Counted from the first letter of the stretch, positions 1 through 11,074 are shown. The stretch: 64,000 bases of DNA from Deinococcota bacterium (GCA_041695225.1 JBGFRI010000014.1:154186-218185); one strand, 5' to 3'. The notes: generated by a model not told the origin, from the sequence alone. Numbers and translations are program-made.

Positions 1-988
1 CTTTGTACTGCTCGCCAAAGAGCAAACTGACCAGAAAAGGGGCCAGCGCCGCCAGCAATACTCCCCCCAGCAACCCAATACCCAGGGTGGCCCACAGAGC
101 CAGACGGCTCAGGCGCAGTGCCGCCCCAGAGTCGCGCTTGATCAGGTGATTGATGCGAGGATAAATGGCCTGGCCCAGCGGCCACAAGATGGCCAGCCCA
201 GGCCGCACCAGGCGGTTACCCACTTCGAAGAACCCTACCTGGACAGGCGAGGTCAGCAGCCCCAGAATCACCCCGTTGGCCGAGGTATAAAAGCTGTCCG
301 AGGCCCGGGAAAGAAACAGGCTCCAGCTCACCTTTAGCGCCACCGAGCTCATGCTCGGGTTGGGCAGCTTGAAGGGGATCTCACGATACATCAGCAGCAG
401 CAGGACAAAGGTAGAAACCCCCGAGGCCACGGCCTGGGCGGCCAGGGCAATCCAGGCATCCTCGGGGTGGCGCACAAAAATAAAAATCCCCGCCAGGTGG
501 CCCAGGCGCACCAGACCCTCCAGAGCTGCCACCACCCAGGTGCGCTCCTGGGCCTGGAAATACCACATTGGACTCAGGGCGATAGATACAGCGATCATCA
601 GAGCCCAGAACACCAGACTGGCCTGGGAGTAAAAGCTCGCGATAAAAATCCCGGCCAGAGTAGCTATAATCGCCATGCCCAGCACTAGCAGCAGCTTGGC
701 CCCCAGGACCGACATGGCGATAGCAGCCACAGCCTCTTTTCGCTCCCTGAGACGGGCAATGGAGCGGGTGGCCGAGTAGTTGAAGCCATACTCCCCCACC
801 ACTGCCAGCCAGTTGGCGAAACTCTGGGCAAAGGCTACCAGGCCAAAGTGGTGGGGCTCGAGCACCCGCGCCAGGTAGGGTAAGGAAATTAGCGGGAGAA
901 GATAGGACAGTATCTGCACCAGATACAAAGCCGCTGCATTCTGCGTGATGCGGTTGCGCAGTACCCGGCGAATTCCTGGCAAAACCAC
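1..988 (-). CDS. Wzx-type oligosaccharide/O-antigen flippase (3' end runs off window)
   Basis: Manual translation from GTG 988: ...RNRITQNAAALYLVQILSYLLPLISLPYLARVLEPHHFGLVAFAQSF...EYGFNYSATRSIAR, a typical RfbX/Wzx N-terminus; multiple TM segments; frame open to window edge. Confidence 0.85.
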   Translation of the reverse strand, partial: MVLPGIRRVLRNRITQNAAALYLVQILSYLLPLISLPYLARVLEPHHFGLVAFAQSFANWLAVVGEYGFNYSATRSIARLRERKEAVAAIAMSVLGAKLLLVLGMAIIATLAGIFIASFYSQASLVFWALMIAVSIALSPMWYFQAQERTWVVAALEGLVRLGHLAGIFIFVRHPEDAWIALAAQAVASGVSTFVLLLLMYREIPFKLPNPSMSSVALKVSWSLFLSRASDSFYTSANGVILGLLTSPVQVGFFEVGNRLVRPGLAILWPLGQAIYPRINHLIKRDSGAALRLSRLALWATLGIGLLGGVLLAALAPFLVSLLFGEQYK

Positions 989-1210
989 GCTAAAAGCCCC
1001 CCGCCAGGTACGACTGCTCTGTCAACCCCGGCATATACCTTCAAGCCTACGCGCTATCCCCTTCCTATGGAACCAAATTATCCCCACCTTAACGGCGGGA
1101 ACGCTCAGATTACGCCTGAGGTATCGCGTTATACTCAGGGCCCTGAGTGAGGCGTGACTAGCGCCGGGGTATCGGGTTTGCTAGTGTTTCGCTTGTAATC
1201 GCCCTAGAGC

Positions 1211-1230
1211 AGGCAGGTGGTGACCTGCCT
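1211..1230 (-). terminator. hairpin downstream of pilT
   Basis: AGGCAGGT-ggtg-ACCTGCCT perfect inverted repeat about 30 bp after pilT stop. Confidence 0.5.
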
Positions 1231-1257
1231 GTGTAAAGCGAGCCTAATCATGGGAAA

Positions 1258-2364
1258 TTACTGGCGGCGCATACCAGCGGGCTGGGGAGATGCACTGCTC
1301 GCGCCCGCCAGTCGAGCAAACTCCTTGGGGTCTACCGAGCGTGACTGCCCTGTTTCGTAGGTAATCAACTTACGCTTAAAGAGGTCGGCCAGGTAGGCGT
1401 CCATGGTAATCATGCCATGCTGTCCTCCGGTCTGGATCACGCTGACCAGCTGATGGCTCTTACCCTCGCGGATCAGCGCCCGCACCGCCGCCGTGGCAAT
1501 CATGAGCTCGTAAGCCAGAACACGCCCTCCTCCGAAAGCCTTGGACAGGAGCTGCTGGGTCAGGACTGCAACCAGGTTGTTGGAAAGCTGTACCCGTACT
1601 TGTTCTTGCTGGGCCTGGGGAAAAACGTCAATAATACGGTCAACAGTCTCAGGAGCGCTGTTGGTGTGCAAAGTGCCACAGACCAGGTGGCCAGTTTCTG
1701 CTGCCGTGATGGCCGCGGCAATGGTCTCGTAGTCGCGCATCTCGCCTACCAGAATTACATCTGGCGCCTGGCGCAAGACCGAACGCAGAGCCTTATGAAA
1801 GCCATGGGTATCGGAGCCGATCTCACGCTGGTTGATGATGGAAGACTTGTGGCGGTGAAAGAACTCGATGGGGTCTTCGATGGTGACAATGTGGGAGCGC
1901 CGGCGCTCGTTGATGTAGTCAATCATCGAGGCCAGGGTGGTGGACTTGCCCGAGCCGGTGGGCCCGGTCACCAGCACCAGACCGCGGGGGCTCAGGGCGA
2001 TATCGGCCACCCCTTTGGGTAGGCCCAGTTCGTCAAAGCTTTTGACGTTAGAAGGCACCACCCGCAGCACCCCGCCCACACTACCGCGCTGCAAAAAGAT
2101 ATTGACGCGGAAGCGCCCCTTACCCGGCAGGCTGAAGGAAAAGTCGAGCTCCTTCTCTTCCTCGAAGACCCGTTGCTGCTTTTCGTCCATTAGCGCGTAG
2201 GTAAGGCGCCGGGTTTCCTGGGGAGTAAGGGGTTCATACTCGGTGGGGTGGAACTCACCGTCAATTTTGATCATGGGAGGCAGCCCAACCGTGATGACCA
2301 GGTCGCTCGAGCTTCGATCTACGGCCAGGTTGAGCAAGTCTACGATGTCCGGGGCTTTGGTCAT
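1258..2364 (-). CDS. pilT: type IV pilus retraction ATPase PilT
   Basis: GPTGSGKST Walker A, TIEDPIE, LRQAPDVILVGEMRD, His box GHLVCGTLHT, AVRALIRE (AIRNLIRE-like). Confidence 0.95.
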   Translation of the reverse strand: MTKAPDIVDLLNLAVDRSSSDLVITVGLPPMIKIDGEFHPTEYEPLTPQETRRLTYALMDEKQQRVFEEEKELDFSFSLPGKGRFRVNIFLQRGSVGGVLRVVPSNVKSFDELGLPKGVADIALSPRGLVLVTGPTGSGKSTTLASMIDYINERRRSHIVTIEDPIEFFHRHKSSIINQREIGSDTHGFHKALRSVLRQAPDVILVGEMRDYETIAAAITAAETGHLVCGTLHTNSAPETVDRIIDVFPQAQQEQVRVQLSNNLVAVLTQQLLSKAFGGGRVLAYELMIATAAVRALIREGKSHQLVSVIQTGGQHGMITMDAYLADLFKRKLITYETGQSRSVDPKEFARLAGASSASPQPAGMRRQ

Positions 2365-2746
2365 GCGTATCTCCAGTTCTGGTTTCAGGATAGTTCACCA
2401 AGAACCCCAGCCATGTTCATTTGCCACTTTAACACACAACCGATCCCAGGGTTCCGGGTTGCTTCTACCCGTAGCCCCATACAACTGTTATTTGGCCGAG
2501 CTAGTGCACTGTCAATCGCGCTAATCTTTGGTCGGCATATGTAGGACTGGTTTTGGACGAATCGCCCTCGAGCCACCAAGTAAGCACCAGCCCCGCCACA
2601 AACCCCACCGAATTACACCCAGAAGGCAGTTCCAGGCTTAGGCAAAACTTGTTCACAGAATGAATGAGCAGCCAAAAGCCCGCGGATACTGGCCTCTGCC
2701 AGAAAAGCCAGGGACGGCGCTGGGAGTGATGGTGTACCCTGAAGCC

Positions 2747-3061
2747 ATGTACCTGACCGTTCTATGCACCGTGCCCGATGCTGACACCGGCCAGAGAATT
2801 GCCCGCACCGTGGTGCACGAGGGCCTGGCAGCCTGCGTCAATCTGCTGCCGGGCATTACCTCGGTCTATAGCTGGCAGGGCCAGGTGCAGGAGAATCCAG
2901 AGCTATTGCTGATCATCAAAACCAGTCAGGCGCGCTACTTAGGCCTGCAGCAGCGCATCAAGGAACTACATCCCTATCAGGTTCCTGAGATTATCGCGCA
3001 CAAAATGGAGCTGGGGCTGCCGGAGTATCTGGACTGGATAGCCTCGAGTACCACCAGTTGA
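2747..3061 (+). CDS. cutA: divalent-cation tolerance protein CutA
   Basis: LAACVNLLPGITSVYSWQG, ELHPYQVPEII; start ATG 2747 preceded by TACCCT-N6. Confidence 0.92.
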   Translation: MYLTVLCTVPDADTGQRIARTVVHEGLAACVNLLPGITSVYSWQGQVQENPELLLIIKTSQARYLGLQQRIKELHPYQVPEIIAHKMELGLPEYLDWIASSTTS

Positions 3062-3171
3062 AGGTGCTTGGGCCAGGGTGGGCCGGACATCACCACCCTT
3101 GGGCAGGCTGCGGGCTCCTAGAGGTGCTTTCGGCAGTCCTCTATCGGGGCGAGGTAAAGAGTTCAATACAA

Positions 3172-3405
3172 TGTCTCATGTCGCAAGTCGCAAGTCTTTT
3201 ATGAAGCGTCTCAAGTCTCAAGTCTCAGGTCTCAGGTCTTTTTGGCTTGGGACCTGCGTCATTCAATGAGTCGATAGTCAATAGTCCATAGCCGATAGCC
3301 TATAGCTAATAGGTTTTGACCTGCTAGCCGAGACCATGGCCGATAGCTAATAGCTAATAGCCGGTAGCTTTTGACCTGCGACCTGCGACCTGTGACCTTT
3401 TTATC
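3172..3405. repeat. intergenic heptamer-repeat block
   Basis: Tandem 7-mers GTCGCAA/GTCTCAA/GTCTCAG, GCCGATA/GCTAATA, GACCTGC between convergent cutA and gyrA. Confidence 0.85.
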
Positions 3406-3414
3406 AGGCTGTAC

Positions 3415-5835
3415 TCAGTCCTGTGGCGCTACCACAAACGCCGAGACCAGCTCATCGTTTTTGCCCAAATTCATCACCCTCACGCCGCTGGTGGCCCGCC
3501 CGTACTGCGAGATGCTGGCCACCTTGGTGCGGATGGCGATGCCGCGCTTGGAGAGCACCAGCAGGTCTTCGTTGCCCTGCACCCGGATTAAGGCGGCCAG
3601 CTGCCCTACCTTGTCGTTGGTGCTAAAGGTGATGACACCCATTCCTCCCCGGCCTTGCAGGGGGTATTCCGAGACGGGGGTACGCTTGCCGTAGCCGTGG
3701 GTTCCCACTGCCAGCACCTCGCCTTCTTCGCCCTGGGGCAGAATTACCAGCGAGACCACCCGGTCCTGGCGGCCTTCTTTGAAGCGGATGCCGGTCACGC
3801 CCTGGCTGGCCCGGCCGGTTGAGCGCACATCGGAAAGTGCGAACCGGATGGCCTGGCCGCTCTGGGTGGCCAGCATGACCTGGTCGGCCTCCTGGGCAAT
3901 CGCGACCCCAATCAGGGCGTCGTTTTCCACCAGATTAATCGCGATCAGGCCCGCGCTGGAGAGGTTCTGGTACTCCTTGATCTCGGTCTTCTTGATTAGC
4001 CCGGCCCTGGTAGCAAAAACGAAGTAGCCCGGCTGGGTCAGGTCGCGCACGTTGAGCAAAGCTGCTACCTCCTCGCCCAGGGCCAGCGGCAGCAGGCTGA
4101 CCACGTGGGTTCCCCGGGCCTGGCGGCTGGCCTCGGGTAGCTCGTGCACCTTCTCGCCGTAGACCCGGCCCCGGTTGGTAAAAATTAGCAGGGTATCGTG
4201 CATCGAGGCCACAAAGACCGAGATGGCCTCGTCGGCTTCCTTGGTCTTGCCAGCCTGAGCCCCCACCCCGCCGCGCCCCTGGGCCCGGTAGGCCTCGAGC
4301 GGGGTGCGCTTCATGAAGCCCTGGTTGGTCAGGGTGATGACCATCTCCTCGTCGTCAATCAGGTCTTCAACGTTGAAGCCCTCCTCGAACTCGGTAATCT
4401 GGGTGCGGCGCTGGTCGCCATATTTTTTCTTGATCTCCAGGAGCTCGCTCCTGACTACCCGCCATAGCCGTTTCTGGTCGCCCAGGATGGCCTCGAGGCG
4501 GGCAATTTCTTCCATCAGTTCCTGGTACTCGGCCTGTAGTCTTTCGCGCTCGAGGCCCACCAGCCGCTGCAGACGCATGTCCAGAATGGCCTGGGCCTGG
4601 ATCTCGCTCAGGCTGAAGCGGGCTATCAGCCCGGCGCGGGCCTCGGCGGCTTCCTGCGAGGCGCGAATCAGGGCGATTACCTCGTCAATCTGGTCAAGGG
4701 CAATCAGCAGCCCTTCCAGAATATGGGCCCGCTCCCTGGCCTTGCGCAGCTCGTGCTCGGTGCGCTTGCGCACTACCTCTCCCCGGTGGTCCAGGTAGTG
4801 GCGCATCATCTGCAAGAGCGACAGCACCTTGGGCTCGCCGTTCACGATGGCCAGCAGGTTTACGGTAAAGCTGGTCTGCAGGCGCGAGTGCTTGTAGAGC
4901 TTGTTGAGCACTACCTGAGGGTTGGCCCCGCGCTTTAGTTCGACGGCAATACGCATCCCCTGCCGGTCGGACTCATCACGCAGGGCGGCGATCTCTTCAA
5001 TAACCTTGTTACGCACCAGGCCAGCAATCTGGGCGATCAGGTCGGCCTTGTTGACCTGGTAGGGAATCTCGGTGAAGACCAGCATGGCCCGCCCGTTTTT
5101 GTCCTCGTTGCGCACCCTGGCCCGCACCTTAAGGCTGCCCCGCCCGCTGGCATAGGCCTCCCGGATGCCGCGGCGGGAAAGCTTGGCCGCAGTGGGAAAG
5201 TCTGGCCCTGGTAGCACCTTCATAATCTCGTCCAGGCTCACCTCGGGGTTGTCAATCATCAGGGCCAGGGCGTCAATGGTCTCGGAAAGGTTGTGCGGGG
5301 GCAGGCTGGTAGCCATGCCTACCGCAATGCCGGCGGCGCCATTGACCAGCATGTTGGGCAGCGCCGAGGGCAGCACCTCGGGCTGGTGGTGGGTGCCGTC
5401 GTAGTTGGGTAGCATCGGCACAGTCTCTTTGTCGAGGTCTTGCAGCATCTCCAGGCCCAGGTTAGAAAGGCGGGCCTCGGTATAGCGCGGGGCGGCGGGG
5501 GGGTCGTTGTCAACTGAGCCGAAGTTTCCCTGCCCGTCAATCAGGGGGTAGCGCAGGCTCCAGTCCTGGGCCATGCGCACCATGGTGTCGTAGATGGCGG
5601 CATCGCCGTGGGGGTGGTACTTACCCATCACCTCACCCACAATTTTTGCGCTCTTGACGTGTTTGCGGCTGGGCAGCACACCGTCCTGGTAGGCGGCGTA
5701 AAGAATGCGCCGCTGCACTGGCTTCAGGCCGTCGCGCACGTCTGGCAAGGCCCGGTCTACAATGACCGACATGGCGTAGTTGATAAAGCTCTGTTTTACT
5801 TCGTCGGTTATTTCAATCGGAAGAACTTGGGACAT
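3415..5835 (-). CDS. gyrA: DNA gyrase subunit A
   Basis: [36 protein letters not shown] catalytic Tyr, GyrA-box QGRGGVG, C-terminal beta-pinwheel. Confidence 0.97.
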   Translation of the reverse strand: MSQVLPIEITDEVKQSFINYAMSVIVDRALPDVRDGLKPVQRRILYAAYQDGVLPSRKHVKSAKIVGEVMGKYHPHGDAAIYDTMVRMAQDWSLRYPLIDGQGNFGSVDNDPPAAPRYTEARLSNLGLEMLQDLDKETVPMLPNYDGTHHQPEVLPSALPNMLVNGAAGIAVGMATSLPPHNLSETIDALALMIDNPEVSLDEIMKVLPGPDFPTAAKLSRRGIREAYASGRGSLKVRARVRNEDKNGRAMLVFTEIPYQVNKADLIAQIAGLVRNKVIEEIAALRDESDRQGMRIAVELKRGANPQVVLNKLYKHSRLQTSFTVNLLAIVNGEPKVLSLLQMMRHYLDHRGEVVRKRTEHELRKARERAHILEGLLIALDQIDEVIALIRASQEAAEARAGLIARFSLSEIQAQAILDMRLQRLVGLERERLQAEYQELMEEIARLEAILGDQKRLWRVVRSELLEIKKKYGDQRRTQITEFEEGFNVEDLIDDEEMVITLTNQGFMKRTPLEAYRAQGRGGVGAQAGKTKEADEAISVFVASMHDTLLIFTNRGRVYGEKVHELPEASRQARGTHVVSLLPLALGEEVAALLNVRDLTQPGYFVFATRAGLIKKTEIKEYQNLSSAGLIAINLVENDALIGVAIAQEADQVMLATQSGQAIRFALSDVRSTGRASQGVTGIRFKEGRQDRVVSLVILPQGEEGEVLAVGTHGYGKRTPVSEYPLQGRGGMGVITFSTNDKVGQLAALIRVQGNEDLLVLSKRGIAIRTKVASISQYGRATSGVRVMNLGKNDELVSAFVVAPQD

Positions 5836-6017
5836 TAGGTAATCTCCTGTTTCGTTTCGGCACAAAAAAAGCGCCCTGGACGCGCTTTATATCCAGCATC
5901 TCATTATACCCTATCAGGTCTGTTATGTCAAAAACATAATCGGCGGGCCAGGCCAGAACCATGCCGAGGTTTTTGCAGACCAGCACGTACATCCGAGCCC
6001 GTGAGCGCGCCAGGGCA

Positions 6018-6545
6018 TCAGAGGCCGGGGGCTGGCTCGGGGATTTCCACCGTACTGGTCTGGGTCTTGTAGAGCTGCATACCCCTTGCCAGGTAGTTTG
6101 CCAGGGCTGCCGGGCTATCGAGTGAGCAGGTGTGAACCCAGACCCGCCCGGCGCCCAGCCGCCAGGCTTCCTCCAGGGCGCAGGTTAGCAGATGGCCCCC
6201 CAGACCCATCCCGATAAACTGTGGCATCAGCCCAAAGTAGGCGATCTCTACGTTAGCTTCGGGCTGCACCTCGAGCTGAAAGTAGCCCGCCGGGGTGCCC
6301 TTCAGATAGGCTACCCAGGTGTGCAGGCTGGGGTTGTGGGCATACTCGCGCCACTGGGAATCACTCCAACCAGCCTTTTCGTACCAGTTCCAGCGGCTCC
6401 CCACGCTCTGGTAAAGAAAACGCTGTAGCTCGGGGCTGGGAAGCTCGGCCTTGATCACCTGCAAACCCTCTATCCGGGCCGGCCTGGGGCGTATCTCCTC
6501 AGGAGAACACAGCTCGAGGTAATAGGTGGTTACCTCGGCGCGCAT
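6018..6545 (-). CDS. GNAT family N-acetyltransferase
   Basis: FGLMPQFIGMGLGG acetyl-CoA motif, VWVHTCSLDSPAALANYLARG. Confidence 0.88.
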   Translation of the reverse strand: MRAEVTTYYLELCSPEEIRPRPARIEGLQVIKAELPSPELQRFLYQSVGSRWNWYEKAGWSDSQWREYAHNPSLHTWVAYLKGTPAGYFQLEVQPEANVEIAYFGLMPQFIGMGLGGHLLTCALEEAWRLGAGRVWVHTCSLDSPAALANYLARGMQLYKTQTSTVEIPEPAPGL

Positions 6546-6698
6546 ACCACGATTGTACCGGGCGAGCCGGGCTGGCTATACCTGGGCCAGGCTCGAGGAA
6601 GCTGCCCGGCGTTTGGCCGATAGTAAGCGGTCAAAGGTCGAAGATCGAAGGTCCAGGGAGTAATCATCCGTGACCTCCGGCTGGCGTAGTATGGGAGC

Positions 6699-7211
6699 AT
6701 GTCTGAAAGCACCCAGAAACACAAAGAGATCGCCAGGGCAAAAGGCCCGGTGAAGATCGCCATTGTTACTGCCTCCGACACCCGCACCCCCGAAACCGAT
6801 ACCAACTACCACTACCTTAAGCCCGAGATCGAGGCGCTGGGACACACAATCGTGGGTTACCGCATCATCCGGGACGAGCCCGACCAGGTATCGCTGGCCC
6901 TGGAGGACATGGTCAACGCCGGGGCGCAGATAATTCTATTCAACGGCGGAACCGGCATCGCTCCCCGCGACACCACCTACGACGTGCTGGCGCGCAAGAT
7001 CGAAAAACCCATGCCGGGTTTTGGCGAGCTTTTTCGCATGCTCTCCTATAACGAGGTTGGGGCCGCCGCCATGCTCTCCCGCGCCACGGCCGGAACCTAC
7101 CGCAAGAAGGTGGTAATCTCTACCCCGGGCTCGCCCAACGCGGTGATGGTAGCCTGGACCAAGCTGATCAAGCCCGAGTTAGAGCACCTGGCCTGGGAAG
7201 TGGCCCGGTAG
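6699..7211 (+). CDS. moaB: molybdenum cofactor biosynthesis protein MoaB/Mog family
   Basis: [45 protein letters not shown]. Confidence 0.88.
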   Translation: MSESTQKHKEIARAKGPVKIAIVTASDTRTPETDTNYHYLKPEIEALGHTIVGYRIIRDEPDQVSLALEDMVNAGAQIILFNGGTGIAPRDTTYDVLARKIEKPMPGFGELFRMLSYNEVGAAAMLSRATAGTYRKKVVISTPGSPNAVMVAWTKLIKPELEHLAWEVAR

Positions 7212-7307
7212 CCATTTCAAGCCTGCTAAATGCAGCGTCAATCGCTAATTTTCGGTTGAAGTATGAATCGAATCCCAGCCTTCACTGCAAGTGCTTGCCT
7301 CGACTGC

Positions 7308-7388
7308 CCCTTCGACACGCTCAGGGCAGGCTCCTTCGACACGCTCAGGGCAGGCTCCTACGGATGCGCCTCAGGGTCGTAATGACGG
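7308..7388. repeat. palindromic repeat cluster at left border of TA array
   Basis: CCTTCGACACGCTCAGGGCAGGCTC twice in tandem, then a ..CGCCTCAGGGTCGTAATGAC half element also seen at 8229-8262 and 31581-31620. Confidence 0.75.
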
Positions 7389-7475
7389 CGTGCCCATACT
7401 CCCGTCAAGTCAAGTCCAATCGGCGCCCTTCGGTCATAATGCCGGGTCATCACTCTTTGACCGTGGCACCGGCAC

Positions 7476-7507
7476 TTGCATTAGTGCGGTATTAGCTGCA
7501 TAATGCA
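7476..7507 (+). promoter_or_regulatory. leaderless sigma70-type promoter with palindromic operator
   Basis: TTGCAT-17bp-CATAAT, 6 bp before ATG 7511; TGCATAATGCA palindrome over the -10. Confidence 0.65.
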
Positions 7508-7510
7508 TGT

Positions 7511-7747
7511 ATGCCTGTCTCGATCACCATACGAAACGTTCCTGACGAGACCAAGGACAAGCTCGCCTCGCGCGCGGCCCGTGCCGGTCAGTCGCTGCAG
7601 GAGTATCTGCGCAGTCAGCTTATCGAACTGGCCAGCAAACCCGACCCGCAGTTGCTGATGGCCAGGGTGCGCGCACGGACGTCGCGGCTGGGCGTTGCGG
7701 TGCCAGCAGAAGTTATCCTCGCTCACCGCGACGCCGACAGGCGATGA
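7511..7747 (+). CDS. FitA-like ribbon-helix-helix antitoxin
   Basis: SITIRNVPDETKDKLASRAARAGQSLQEYLR; ATGA overlap with PIN gene. Confidence 0.88.
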   Translation: MPVSITIRNVPDETKDKLASRAARAGQSLQEYLRSQLIELASKPDPQLLMARVRARTSRLGVAVPAEVILAHRDADRR

Positions 7748-8145
7748 CGCTGGTAGTTGACGCCTCGGTGGTCGTAGCTGCCTTGATCGACGACGGACCG
7801 AACGGGGCATGGGCTGCGCGGCTGCTAAGCACACATCCGCTCACCGCGCCGCACCTGCTGCCTGTGGAGGTAACCAGTATCCTCAGGCGAGCCACCCTGC
7901 ACGCAGAGATCAGCGACGACAACGCATCGCTGGCCCAGGCCGACCTGCTGGCTTTGCGCGTAGATTTGTTCCCGTTCGAACCGTTCGCAGAGCGGGTGTG
8001 GGAACTGCGCTTTGCCGTTAGCTCCTACGATGCCTGGTATGTTGCGCTAGCCGAAGCGCTGGGCGCGCCGCTTGCCACGCTGGATGAGCGTTTGAGCCGC
8101 GCCGCAGGCCCGCGCTGCCTATTCGAGCTGCCTCCTAAAGCCTGA
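7744..8145 (+). CDS. vapC: VapC/PIN-domain toxin
   Basis: LVVDASVVV...E...SSYDAWYVALAEALGAPLATLDERL. Confidence 0.92.
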   Translation: MTLVVDASVVVAALIDDGPNGAWAARLLSTHPLTAPHLLPVEVTSILRRATLHAEISDDNASLAQADLLALRVDLFPFEPFAERVWELRFAVSSYDAWYVALAEALGAPLATLDERLSRAAGPRCLFELPPKA

Positions 8146-8315
8146 CGGTCTTCCATCTGTCATGCCACCTCCACACGCCATACTTGTGGAAATCAGCCGG
8201 GTCGAGTGCTGGGAGCGTGGTCTAGGGGGTTGCTTCCCCTTCGGCTGCGCCTCAGGGTCGCAACGACAAGGGGGAGGGAGTGCTCCGCTGCGTTGTGGTG
8301 GTGTACACTAAACCT

Positions 8316-8543
8316 ATGTGGCAAGGCTGGATCATCTCCGATCCTAACGTCCTCTCCGGCAAACCGGTGGTCAAAGGGACGCGCCTGGCAGTAAGTTTCT
8401 TGCTCGGTCTGTTGGCTCAGGGCTGGACCGAAGAGCAGATCCTTGATAACTACCCGCAACTGCCTCGCCAAGGGCTAAGGGCGGCCATTCGCTACGCCCA
8501 GGATTCGGTGGATGAAGCGCTCTTCCTTGAAGTTTCTCGCTGA
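8316..8543 (+). CDS. DUF433 antitoxin
   Basis: IISDPNVLSGKPVVKGTRLAV...GWTEEQILDNYPQL; TACACT-N6-ATG. Confidence 0.9.
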   Translation: MWQGWIISDPNVLSGKPVVKGTRLAVSFLLGLLAQGWTEEQILDNYPQLPRQGLRAAIRYAQDSVDEALFLEVSR

Positions 8544-8880
8544 TGAAAATGTGCCTTTGGCAACCGTCACTAAGCTGCGGCAAGCAGGCCATGACATCTA
8601 CTGGATAGCCGAAGAAGCAGCAGGGCTAGACGACTTGGCGGTATGGCAGCTGGCGGCAGAGCAACAGGCAGTGCTAATCACCTTTGACCGAGACTTTGGT
8701 CGTTTGATGATCCAGGCTGCCACCCCAAGACCCAAAGGCGTTATCTACTGCCGCTTCATTCCAGTAACCCCCGCCGAAGCCGGAGAGCTGATCCTAAAGG
8801 TGCTTGGCTACGCCACCGTATCGTTAGGCAACCACTTTACTACGCTAGAACGTGAGCGACTAAGGAGCCGTAAAATGTAA
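8527..8880 (+). CDS. DUF5615 PIN-like toxin
   Basis: KFLADENVP...GHD...VLITFDRDFG; TTG start overlapping DUF433 end. Confidence 0.88.
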   Translation: MKFLADENVPLATVTKLRQAGHDIYWIAEEAAGLDDLAVWQLAAEQQAVLITFDRDFGRLMIQAATPRPKGVIYCRFIPVTPAEAGELILKVLGYATVSLGNHFTTLERERLRSRKM

Positions 8881-9008
8881 GGTGTTACGAGCGCAGCGTG
8901 GGGAACCGCCGCAGCACCGTGGCGGCGCATTCGGCTGGCTCAGGGGCAAGCCTAAGGAAGTGGCTTGTGGTATGTGGCTTGTGGGAAGTGGGAAGTGGAC
9001 GGAACGAA

Positions 9009-9092
9009 AATCCCCCCGGCCTGCGGCCACCCCCCTTGGCAAGGGGGGAAGGCAGGGGTTTGCCCCCCCTTGCCAAGGGGGTTGGGGGGATT
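9009..9092. repeat. family A nested palindromic repeat
   Basis: AATCCCCCCGGCCTGCGGCCACCCCCCTTGGCAAGGGGGG...CCCCCCCTTGCCAAGGGGGTTGGGGGGATT. Confidence 0.9.
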
Positions 9093-9114
9093 AGCAGTGT
9101 GCCACACTTATAGC

Positions 9115-9335
9115 ATGATCGACTGGTCCTCGTGCCCGGCAGTCGAACACCACCCGCAAAGGCTCAGCGGAGCCTGGGTGTTCCGCCGCACCCGCGTGCC
9201 CGTAGCCGCCCTCTTTGAAAACCTCGAGGACGGGGCTCCGGTAGACGATTTCGTGGCTGGTTTCCCGGCGTCACCCTGGAGCAGGTCTGGGCCGTTCTCC
9301 ATCGCGCCGCACACAGCACCTTAGCCCCTGAATAG
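9115..9335 (+). pseudogene. DUF433 protein, frameshifted
   Basis: MIDWSSCPAVEHHPQRLSGAWVFRRTRVPVAALFENLEDG, then frameshift near 9257; alternative frame continues WFPGVTLEQVWAVLHRAAHST to TAG 9335. Confidence 0.8.
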
Positions 9336-9348
9336 CCGCCGTCTTCGT

Positions 9349-9615
9349 CTAATAGCCACGGTGATGCAAAGCAATATCGTCAATCAGGATGGCACCCTGT
9401 TCGGTATCGACACGAAAGAGCAGGCGGTAGTTTCTTACCCTGCGCCGATAACCTTGACAACCACGCAGCTTTTTAACATCGCCCAGCGTCCAGTCCTCAG
9501 CCATCGCTGCCAGGACATCTTCAATGGCTGTACAGACTTGCGGCTGGGTGCGAGCAAGTTCGCCCAGCACCTTATCGGCCCGGCGGCTCAGGAGGATCCG
9601 GTACGGCGCTGCCAC
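9349..9615 (-). CDS. RelE/ParE family toxin
   Basis: YRILLSRRADKVL...DVKKLRGCQGYRRRVRNYRLLFRVD...I.HHRGY. Confidence 0.85.
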   Translation of the reverse strand: MAAPYRILLSRRADKVLGELARTQPQVCTAIEDVLAAMAEDWTLGDVKKLRGCQGYRRRVRNYRLLFRVDTEQGAILIDDIALHHRGY

Positions 9616-9794
9616 GGCACGTAGTCAACATAGTCAGGCCCGGACGCCTCGACATCATTCAAAATCGCAATTTCTTCCGGCAAGGGTTTCGCTGCGGGCA
9701 GTGTAAGATCGGCAATAAACCTCTGCAGCGCGCGTAGCTCGGCTTCCCCAAGTTGCTCTATCTCTCGCTGGAGTCTCTCCTTGAGGCTGTTCAT
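9588..9794 (-). CDS. putative antitoxin upstream of RelE-like toxin
   Basis: 68 aa acidic protein overlapping toxin start; TAAACT-N6-ATG. Confidence 0.7.
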   Translation of the reverse strand: MNSLKERLQREIEQLGEAELRALQRFIADLTLPAAKPLPEEIAILNDVEASGPDYVDYVPWQRRTGSS

Positions 9795-9854
9795 GACACA
9801 AGTTTACCACAGCCGGTGGCGCTGTTTAGACTTCAAGCCAGCGCGGCGTGGGCC

Positions 9855-9937
9855 AATCCCCCCGGCCTAGCGGCCACCCCCCTTGCAAGGGGGGAAGGCA
9901 GGGGTTTGCCCCCCCTTGCCAAGGGGGTTGGGAGGTT
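9855..9937. repeat. family A nested palindromic repeat
   Basis: Near-identical to 9009-9092. Confidence 0.9.
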
Positions 9938-9998
9938 GCTCCAAGGTCATCGGCTTCGCCCTGCCAGCGAAGCGCAAAGGTATACTCAGCCTGGACCG

Positions 9999-10439
9999 AT
10001 GTTGATCTATCTCGACAACTGCTGCTTCAACCGCCCGTTTGATGACCAAACGCAAACCCGCGTGCGCTTGGAAGCAGAAGCAAAGTTGTTCATTCAGGAG
10101 CAGATTATCGCTGGAAACGTTGGTCTGGCCTGGTCCTATATGCTCGACTATGAAAACAGCTTCAACCCCTTCGAAGACCGGCGCAGGGCTATCGAACGCT
10201 GGCGCACCAGGTCACAGGTAGATATTGTCGAAACGCCGGAACTCCTCGACCGGGCAAGGCAGTTGCACGCCCTGGGACTGAGAAGCAAGGATGCGCTCCA
10301 CATTGCATGTGCCATAGCCGCACGCTGCGATTTCTTTCTTTCGACTGACGACCTGCTGCTGCGTAAGCTTGCCGGGCAAAGTGTGATAACGGCGCTAAAC
10401 CCGCTGGCCCTGGCAGCGATAATTGGAGAGGAACCATGA
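9999..10439 (+). CDS. PIN-domain toxin (toxin-first order)
   Basis: LIYLDNCCFNRPFDDQTQTRVRLEAEA...KDALHIACAIAARCDFFLSTDD. Confidence 0.88.
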   Translation: MLIYLDNCCFNRPFDDQTQTRVRLEAEAKLFIQEQIIAGNVGLAWSYMLDYENSFNPFEDRRRAIERWRTRSQVDIVETPELLDRARQLHALGLRSKDALHIACAIAARCDFFLSTDDLLLRKLAGQSVITALNPLALAAIIGEEP

Positions 10440-10642
10440 AAACCGATACCGAGATCAGACTTGACGGAACCAGAGCCCTGATCGAAGCGCTGGGTGAAGT
10501 AGATGCGGAGCGCTACATCGCCATCCTGATGCGCGAGCCCTTCGATTACACGCGGTGGCAGCGGACCATTTTGCAGGCGGCCTCCGTCGAGGAGGTCAGC
10601 GCGGCAGCGATGAAAGCGAGAGAGGGCGAACGGGGGGAGTAG
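10436..10642 (+). CDS. small partner protein, putative antitoxin
   Basis: MKTDTEIRLDGTRALIEALGEVDAERYI..EPFDYTRWQR; ATGA overlap with PIN gene. Confidence 0.78.
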   Translation: MKTDTEIRLDGTRALIEALGEVDAERYIAILMREPFDYTRWQRTILQAASVEEVSAAAMKAREGERGE

Positions 10643-10725
10643 CGCGCGTGGCCGGGGACGGGGCGTGCGAGGAGCGGCGTTGTCGGGGTTTGGTCCTTTG
10701 GCATGAGCGGACCCGGCCCCTGGCA

Positions 10726-11074
10726 AAACCCCCTCCCCCTGTGTATGGGGGAGGGCCGGGTAAAGGGGGTTGGGGGGATTGTGCGCTACGCCGGCCTACA
10801 ACCCTCCCACTTGCTATGGGGCGTGTGGGGCCACAACAACCAAGAAACCAAAAACACGTCATTGCGAGCGCTCGCAGAGCGCGAAGCAATCCAGATCACC
10901 CCGTCAGCCAAGTTGCGTTTAGCTCCTCCTGGATGAATTAATCACCCCCATGCTCGGCCACGCCATCATCTAGCCGATTGCTTCGTCGGCCCAAGGGCCT
11001 CCTCGCAATGGCGAAAGTGCCTGCGGCCACCCCCCTTGTTAAGGGAGAGCAGCAGGGTTTGCCCCCCTTACCAA
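10726..11074. repeat. composite of family A and family B palindromic repeats
   Basis: CCCTCCCCC..GGGGGAGGG and GGGGGTTGGGGGGATT; GTCATTGCGAG..GAAGCAATCC...GATTGCTTCG..CTCGCAATGGC (10858-11012); GCGGCCACCCCCCCTTGTTAAGGG. Confidence 0.85.
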